A stretch of DNA of 64,000 bases, from assembly GCA_009602725.1 (NCBI GenBank), contig WELB01000007.1:749697-813696 (forward strand), in the 5' to 3' direction. Under the pieces are notes generated by a model. The model had not been told where the DNA came from, did no database searches, and saw nothing but the letters and a program-made list of their open reading frames with translations. Both the position numbers and the translations under genes were made by a program. The stretch is from Spirogloea muscicola (Eukaryota). How positions within the stretch are numbered: the stretch's first letter is position 1; every line of letters begins with the position of its first letter. Of the stretch, positions 53,843 to 64,000 are shown piece by piece.

Positions 53843-55192
53843 CTACCAGCCCCAGGAACCTGGGGCACCCTTAACAGGACCAACAATGTCAGAGGTGACC
53901 CAGCCACCATAGAACCCGCCTGGTTGCGGCTGTGCCTTCTCATCTCCAACATAGCAAGCATCCATGGGGCTTGCATAGAACGCAATGTAGCCCTGCATGG
54001 GCTTGTATGAAGAAGTGATGCTCTCGTAGCTCCAGCCAACTTTAGGAGCTGATTTATCCCCTACCTATAAGCAATAATCAGCACAACTGGCAGTCAGTAC
54101 TAGCTAATTCAGCTGAGAGTCCCATGAGATAGTTGACTGAGCTGTAGGGGGGTATTTTGCCCGTCTGTACAGCCTTACTGAGAACGTGCCTCAAAGGATC
54201 TGAGGACTTACCTTCACAGTCCAATAAGTTGCATTGCCCTTCCACTCACAAAATGAGCTACCTGCTGCCTTGGTTACGTATGTCATCTGAATGTCTTTGG
54301 GAGGTAGGTAGTACACAGGGGGGTGGCTTGTCTCCAGAATTCTGTGGCGACCCACACAGGCAAGTGGCAAGTTGTTAGGATTCTCACAAGGACATGCTTG
54401 GATGTGTGGAAGCAGAAGGTCGTGAACTCCTCAATGCAAATTGTATAAGAGCAGCAGCTGATCGTATTTGAGACCTTCTAGCGTCCAGGAACAAAGAGAG
54501 TGACAGCAGAGCAGCGGGTTATCCAGGTTCCAGATTATCCAACTCTTCAAGCTTGCCTGAAGGCCTCAGTAGTGTCTGCTATGGTCTCGCCATTGAAGAT
54601 TATCCTGATGCGCTTGTTGACCCTCTCCATGCGGGGCGGTCGAGGGTAGTCCCATACAGACTCCTGGCCTGGCTTCGGCTCGACGCGCTGGACTGGCGCC
54701 ATAGCCCCGGCCACGCTTAGCCGCCTTGTGGTCACGTGTGGAGGGAGGGACCTTGTAAGTGGTCTGTCACAGTCATAGTCCCAACAAGGACCAGTATATG
54801 TACGTGTCACGAGAGCGAGTATGAGCAAAGATCCAGGTCCAGCTAAGGACTCGTTGAGACTCCACTGCAGCCGTGCGCTTTGCAAGCCCACCATTGGAGA
54901 AAGCGTGTTGAGCTGCAGCTACTCTCGTTGGCTTGGCCTTGAAGGGCGCGGGCCCAACTGCAAAGCAGCCAGCTGTTCAGAAGCGGAGAAACATTGACAA
55001 AAGTCGGGAAGGTGCAGACCTCTTGGTGCTGAGGAGCAAGCCGCCGGCCCCAGGCCTGCGAGACAGGCCGGCCCGAGCGAGCTCTGCTGCAATCCTACGG
55101 GCCTTGGCAGCTGCACCAGCTGTGGAGCAGCCGAGCCCAGCGGGCGATGAGGTGGGATAGAGGACGCGAGCTGCGGCCGGGACCGCCAGCAT
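53843..55192 (-). CDS. DUF427 family protein with a probable N-terminal organellar transit peptide
   Basis: Core from ATG 54702: ESVWDYPRPP..IADT..AFR|ILETSHPPVYYLP..SFCEWKGNATYW|..GWSY..YIAFYA..DACYV..QPGGFYGGWVTSDIVGPVKGAPGSWGW* (stop 53843). Two upstream exons from ATG 55192 splice in frame. Confidence 0.85.
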
Positions 55193-55519
55193 GCTCGCCA
55201 GCGCGGGGTCGCGGCGGCGGGCGCGGCGGCGGCGCCAGAAGGTGGAGAGACGGCGATCAGGCGCTGTGACGTTTCCACTGACATATGTGAGGCCCTCTTG
55301 ACGGATGAACGAGAGAGCAACTATTCTTCCAATGGAAGGCAGTGGCAAGAGGAAAGGCGCGGTGCGAAACGAAAGGGAGGCCAAATGAAGCACATACTCT
55401 GTGAGGCAAGCAGACGAAGCAGCCTTCGCGAGAGTTGAGCAGCTTCGCGAAGCAGCTCTGCAAAGGGGGCGAGGCTGCGTAGGTCCGGCCCACAAAGGAG
55501 GGCCCAGTAGAAGAAAGCT

Positions 55520-56430
55520 CGGCCAGATTGACGGGTGGCTGTGAGAGGCCAGCCCAAAGAAGAAGAAGAAAGCCCGAAGGTATGGACCAAGTCTGAAGGA
55601 GCCGGATGGAGCCAAAAATGATGCGGCCGGGCGGCGCCCCAAGATGGAGGCCATCTGACAGTGGCGCCCACCCGCTTAGAAGAAGAACTGGCACTCCCAA
55701 TCGGGGCAAGGGCAGTGAAAAGCCAGCCCGAAAAGAATTGACAAAGGTTCACAGGGGCCAAATGACGGAGGGGCATTAAAAGCGCTAAGCAGCTACGAAG
55801 GGGCCTGAAGATGCTATGTCAGAACGGGGGAGGATGGACCACTCAGTAGTTACGAGTGAGGAGCCTCAGATCCAACAGACTAGCTGCCGGAAAATTATCC
55901 CCCTCACAAAAGCTGGAGGCCGCAGCGAGAGCACGGCCAGCACGTAGATGCAAGGCGTGGGCCATGGACCGCTGAATGGAGACGGACAATCGCATACGAT
56001 ATACCTGAGCCCACGAGCCAGCGGCGTTGAAGTCAGCCGGCTCACCGCGCCTGCGGGACACGGCGCGCCGCGCAAGCCTGGCCAGCAGGTCGAGCCACTG
56101 GGACCCGAGAGCCCCGTGCACGTCCACGGCCAGGAGACCACCCGCTGGCACGGCCAACGTACAAAGAAAGTGGCCCTTCCAAAGGGGGCGACGTGCACGT
56201 ACAAAAGGGGGAAGGCGCGCGGGGCGCATGAAATGAAAAGGGAGGCCAATTCAAGCCAATACACAGTTCAAGCAGAGGCGAGTGCAAATTAAACAATTCA
56301 AGCCAATACAGTGTACAGGCAGAGCCTAGTGCTAATCAAACAAGGCTACATAAAATACGGACAATACAAAAGAAAGAAAGTGGCTCTCCCAATGGTGGCA
56401 AGAACAAGAGGCACTCCCAATGGGAAGGGC
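55520..56430 (-). mobile_element. RLE retrotransposon 3' fragment plus 3'-UTR motifs
   Basis: LAVDVHGALGSQWLDLLARLARRA..YRMRLSVSIQRSMAHALHLRAGRAL..DLRLLTRNY* (55843-56135) and family UTR motifs at about 55537, 55711 and 56378. Confidence 0.75.
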
Positions 56431-56955
56431 TATTTGACGGTGGCCGCGAACGTGCTGCTCCACCGGGTGCAGGTGGTCCTGTTTGGGCTTAATGACATCT
56501 TGTGTGGGGCCGGGGCCTAGGGCCGGCCTGGCAGAAATTCTCAGCGACCCTTGCGGGCCGGTGAGGGGGTTTGGAATTAGTTTTCAACCAGCAATTGACG
56601 CGTCTCGGATAAACCTCATGAACTGCGTCATTGCCCCAAGCGCAAAGATACCCCAACAGTTGTCGCCGCCGCCATATATAGCAACCCGTGCCGCAAGGCT
56701 GGACGGCGCGACCGCCATGGGATTAAACACCGGCCGCCCACACTTAAACCCCTTCCTCCAAAAACCCTCGATCCCCAATCCCTCGTCTCCCCCGCCTTCC
56801 ACCGTTCCTCCCTCCCGTCTGCACATTCCTTTCTTCCCTCTCCCTCTCCCTCCCTCCCCCCCCTCAGCAGCCGCATTCTTCTTCCTTTTCTCTCTCTCCC
56901 TCCCTCCCCTCATCTCTCCCCCTCCCCCCCCTCTCCCTCAAGAAGTGAGCTCTCC

Positions 56956-56958
<3 letters not shown>

Positions 56959-57000
<42 letters not shown>

Positions 57001-57001
57001 N

Positions 57002-57073
<72 letters not shown>
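56959..57073. repeat. (CT)n microsatellite upstream of BPG2
   Basis: About 55 CT units containing a single n. Confidence 0.95.
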
Positions 57074-57076
<3 letters not shown>

Positions 57077-57346
57077 GCCCCCGGGCACCCCTACCCCTCC
57101 CGCTCCCCGCCCTGAGGCTGATGTCGCTCAAGTCAGGGCGGCTGTGGATGCGCCTGGCAGCTGCCGGCGTCCCACCACAGTTGACAGGCGGCTGTGCTGA
57201 AGCGGTCCCCAGGAGAGAGGCTGACAGCTCGGCCTTGTCAAACTGCCACTAGCGTGTGTTCTTTCTGCTGCTGCCGCCGCCTGCCGAAGCTGGCTGCCCG
57301 GGTTGCAGCGCCGCTCCTGCGGGCCGTGTGGCGCAGGCGCCCCACC

Positions 57347-60300
57347 ATGGCAATGGCGGCCACGTGCTGGCTGCCAGCGCCCTTTGCGGCGGCAGAAGGC
57401 CGATGCATGGCGTCCTACTCCGCCTCCACCAGCGGGCTACCCAGAGCCAGCCCGCGAGCTCGCCGCGCCACCGGCCAGTGGCGGGCTGCTACGGCTGTCC
57501 CGGTTTCCGACGGCAGCAGCAGAGCCTCCGCTGGCACAGCCGAGATGGGAAGCGAAGGGCGGCTGGTGGGGGAGAGAGGCGCTGGCGGGCGCTCGCCCAA
57601 GGCCAGCATGCCGCGCTGCCCGGGCTGCGGCGTGCTGATGCAGGACCGGAGGTCGGACGCGCCGGGCTTCTTCCAGCTCCCGGCGGTGCGGGATGTGGTT
57701 GCAGACGGCGATGGTCAAGATGGCGCTAATGACGACCTGCTTCAGGAGATGGAGGATGAGGAGGAGGACGAGGAGGAAGTGGGAGGAGATGAGGAGGAGG
57801 AGGGAGGAGGGAGGCGGGAGGACGCCGGAAGGTGGGCAGCGGCCGCGACTGCCGATGTGGGCTTTGAGGACTTTGACGAGGCGGAGCTGCGGGAGGACCT
57901 GTATGGGTTCGGCCCGGCGGGCCCCGAGTACGGCCGCTGGGAGGATGCAAAAGATGGCCGGCGATCGCAGCTCGACGCATGGAGCCGGCTGTGGGACAAG
58001 GATGACGACGGCAGCAAGAGAAGGAGGCAGCAGGACGAGGCCACCAAGGAGCGGCGGCCGGCTGAGCGGCTCGTGGTGTGCGCGAGATGCCATGCCCTCC
58101 GCAATTACGGCCAGGTTAGTGACCTCCCCCATACCACTTACCTCCTCCTCTTCTATGTCGTCTGCCCTGTCCACATTCAGCACTCACTTTCACGTATATT
58201 GGAGGAGATCGAAGGTTCAGCTTCGCTAGCCTATACTTGACCATCTGGAGTGGACTCATTATGGATCGAAGCAAGCTACGGACACGGCCATGCTTCTTGC
58301 TGTCAAGCTCTCTGTGATGCTTCTTGAGCCGCCAGTCTCTGCATCGTCTGTGACTGCGCAGGTGAAGGACGAGCGCATGGAGAACCTCCTTCCAGACTTT
58401 GACTTTGAGCGTGTGGTGGGTGCACGTTTACGCCGGGCCTATGCAGGGCGGCGTCGTCCTGTCGTCGTTCTGGTCGTGGATGCTGCTGATTTCGACGGAT
58501 CGTTTCCGCGGCGCGCCGCTGCCTTCTTGGCGGACGCCGCACGGGAGAGGAGTTCTGGCGATGCAGCTTCTGGCAGCTCAAGCGCCAGCTCCACCACAAA
58601 CGTGCCCCGCCTGGTCGTCGTGGCGAACAAAGTTGACCTCCTCCCAAGGCAGGCTTCGGCGGCGCGGCTGGAGGCGTGGGTGCGTCGGCGGGCGCGTTCG
58701 GGCGGCGCTCCACCTCTTGCAGGCGCACACTTGGTGTCGGCGCGCACAGGTACCGGTGTCGCTGCGCTCGCAGCCCGCCTGGCGCAGCTGGCTGGCTCAC
58801 GCGGAGACGTCTGGGTGGTCGGCGCCCAGAATGCCGGCAAGTCGTCGCTCATCAACGCGCTCAGCCGATACCAGGTAAGGTGGTGCACCTCTCTCCACCG
58901 CTTCATACTCAGCTGGACGAAGGAGCAACCAAATTGTGATGGCCTCTTGCATCATGGAACCTCCAGTACAGGAGCTTAACGGATGCTGTTCTCATGCTGC
59001 ACGGCTGAACCTTTGCTCCTCATTGCAGCTGGACGCCAAGCCAACGCAGCTCACAGAGGCGGCTCTACCGGGGACGACAGTGGGCATTGTGACGCTGGCT
59101 GGCGTCCTCCCATGCGGGGCACGGCTTCACGACACGCCTGGCCTGCTTCACCCGCACCAAGTCACTCTGCGGCTGCACAAGGAGGAGCAGCGTGCAGTGC
59201 AGGCTCGCCGAGAGCTCCGGCCCCGCACGTTCCGCTGCAAGGTGACTGGCATCCCCCTTCTAAGTGCTTGTTGATTCTTGATCAGAGAGCAGCGGGAAGC
59301 TCCATACACTTGAGGTTGACTGTATAAGGTCATCCTTTCCATCGTTCACTATCTGGATTTCTTTTGACAGCTATGCGCATGCCAAGGGGGCTTGCTATTG
59401 ATCGTGAATGGCGTTGGGAGTGCGTGACAATGTATGCAGGTTGGTGGCACGGTGCTGGTTGCGGGACTGGTGCGTGTCGACGTCATGGAGGGGCCCGCCG
59501 AGACCGTCTACCTGACGGTGTGGGCCTCAGCCGCGCTGCCGTGCCACATGGGCCGCGTCGATCGTGCAGAGGAGGTCCTGCAGCGCCACATTGGTGGTCG
59601 GCTCCAGGTGAAGGGGCCTCATGTTGCTCGAAAGCCAAGGAGCTCGCCTGGCAGCTGCTCTGCGATTGCTCCATATTATATCGTGCAAGTGTACAGATTA
59701 AAAGTAATAATAATGACATTAATAACATTGATAACAGTTTAATATAATCCACTAGCTTCAAGTACAACCCTTCAACTCCCGTGTATACCCTATTCTTCAC
59801 AAGGCTTAAGTTTGTATCATGCTATGGGCTATGAGACTAGGACTCTGGGAGCTAGCTCCTGATTCTCTGTACTGTCATATGCTTGTTTGCAGCCGCCGTC
59901 AGGCGGGTCTGAGCGTGCGGCAGAGCTGGGCGACTGGCGGCCACGCACTGTGCGGGTCCCGGGGGAGCGGTGGGATGCGAGCTCCACCGACATCGCGGTC
60001 GCGGGCCTTGGGTGGGTAGCTGTGGCAGTCAAGGGCGTCACGACTCTGCGTGTGTGGACGTACGAGGGCGTGGGCGTCACGACGCGCGAGGCGCTGGTGC
60101 CGGACCTCGCCGCCGTCCTCGAGCGGCCGGGCTTCAGTTCGGCACCAAGCGGTGACGGCGGTGGTGGCCGCAGCAAGGGAAGGGCAGGCAAGGGCGGTGC
60201 ACAGTTCCGCGGTGACTCGCTGGCTGATGCCGAGGAGGAGCAGGAGCGTGGCAGTGGGGCTGACAATGGGGGACAAGAGGGAGGCTTCGAAGCAAGAAGA

Positions 60301-60363
60301 GAGGTGGACCGCAACGACCAGGGCCAGCTCAGTGGTGCCCAGGCGACAGTGGCGTCACTTTGA
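57347..60363 (+). CDS. BPG2: Circularly permuted YqeH-family GTPase, BPG2-like, probably plastid-targeted
   Basis: Transit-like N-terminus; zinc finger CPGCG..CARCHALRNYG; VVDAADFDGSFP; G4 NKVD; G1 GAQNAGKSSLIN; G2 PGTT; G3 DTPG; DIAVAGLGW; five GT-AG exons. Confidence 0.92.
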
Positions 60364-60659
60364 AAGCAGCCACCAGCAGAGTTTCTGAGGCTCAACCATT
60401 GAACCTTATGGAGTGCAACCCGAGTATCCGAGGCCATAGTCCCAAAAGCTGGCTCGCTTGCATGCCATGCTGTGCCGGCAAGCATGGTCTGACATTTGTT
60501 GCTCTTAGTGGTCTGTTGAGGCTCACGGGCGGGTGCATTTGCGAGAGGTTTCCCATTGACATGCGCTGCGGGAACTGTCTGCCTCGTATGGCGGCCTCAC
60601 CAGCGACTTCTGTCGGTCAGGAGCGTCACGGCAGCAGCGAGCTGCCAAATGTGGCAGAA

Positions 60660-61121
60660 GCTGGGCGAGGCCATGGAGCTGAGACATAGAGTCTCTGGCT
60701 TTGGCCAGGGGACCCGCTTCCAGGAACCCAGTCTCTCTGATTTGAGGCTGCTTAGCAGGGCTTACTGAGTGCTTCGTAGCTGCTTCGTTTCTTTTCTGTG
60801 CTTGTTGTTCTTCGTACTTCCCCTGGCCCCTTCTCGTCCTTTGTTCATTCTTTTCTGGGCTGGCTTTTTCCAGCCCTTATCCTTAGCACTCCGACTCCTT
60901 CAGACCTTGTCCATTCTTTTGGGCAGAAGGGCTTCGTATCTGCCATCTAGTATTCAGGCATCGGTTAGCGACATAGAGAGAAGAAGGGCTCGCCCATTGA
61001 GGATAGGGGCTGGAAAAAGCCAGCCCAGAAAAGAATGAACAAAGGACGAGAAGGGGCCAGGGGAAGTACGAAGAACAAGCAGCACAGAAAAGAAACGAAG
61101 CAGCTACGAAGCACTCAGTAA
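60660..61121. mobile_element. RLE retrotransposon 3' end with an inverted duplicate of its 3' UTR
   Basis: GFGQGTRFQEPSLSDLRLLSRAY* ends at 60768; 60762-60883 is the near reverse complement of 61000-61120. Confidence 0.72.
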
Positions 61122-61640
61122 CCCCGAGGGCTGCCTTCTTGGATCGCAGCCCTCGCCCTCACTGGGAGAGCCACTTGGGTCCGATCGATTGGCTCCGAGG
61201 GCCTGCCGGTCGCGACGCAGTCGCCGTTGGTGGGGAACGGCGGGAGACGGTGCAAACGAACGGTGGCACTGGCCGAGCAGGTAGCTTCTGCGAAGGGTGC
61301 TGGAAGTCTCTGGCACGCAAACGCCCCGAAACTGCCGACGTGGAAAGGTGTGCCGAGGAAGCCGAGAGGTACAGCCGTGACCGCCTGCGGCTTTCGCCGT
61401 CGACGCCACCTCCCCCCCGCCGGCGGCGGCGGCTGCGGCGGCGGAGGCGGCGGCGGCGGCGGCGGCGGCGGACCTCGTCGAGGATGCGGTGCGCGGTGCA
61501 ACTGAGCCGCCGAGAGCATCCGCGCCCGCCGACGCCGCCGGGCGGCGCCTCGGCNNNNNNNNNNNNNNNNNNNNNNNNNNNNNNNNNNNNNNNNNNNNNN
61601 NNNNNNNNNNNNNNNNNNNNNNNNNNNNNNNNNNNNNNNN

Positions 61641-64000
<2,360 letters not shown>

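Overview
Intron-rich eukaryotic nuclear DNA with three N-gaps. Gene content (PHF1/SEC12-like, NCL, BPG2, plant-type QCR10, AAE3, TTTAGGG repeats) points to the green lineage, probably a streptophyte alga (inference). About 12 spliced protein-coding loci are readable: oxalate-CoA ligase (AAE3) and 2-hydroxyacyl-CoA lyase/oxalyl-CoA decarboxylase (HACL), which appear to be spliced into one fusion protein; an unsplit MADBUB/BUB1 kinase; an ankyrin-repeat protein; CCDC93; PHF1/SEC12-like; Na/Ca exchanger NCL; a PHD + helicase-associated-domain protein; an intron-containing single-module NRPS (partial C-A-T-C); QCR10; DUF427; BPG2/YqeH GTPase; and the 5' part of an ABCB transporter. Six clusters of 5'-truncated, nested and often inverted fragments of a restriction-like-endonuclease (RLE) non-LTR retrotransposon family all lie just upstream of gene starts. 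Best leads: the oxalyl-CoA synthetase/decarboxylase fusion, the NRPS, and the promoter-proximal, hairpin-forming retroelement family. Exon boundaries were read by eye; family calls come from recalled motifs, not database searches.
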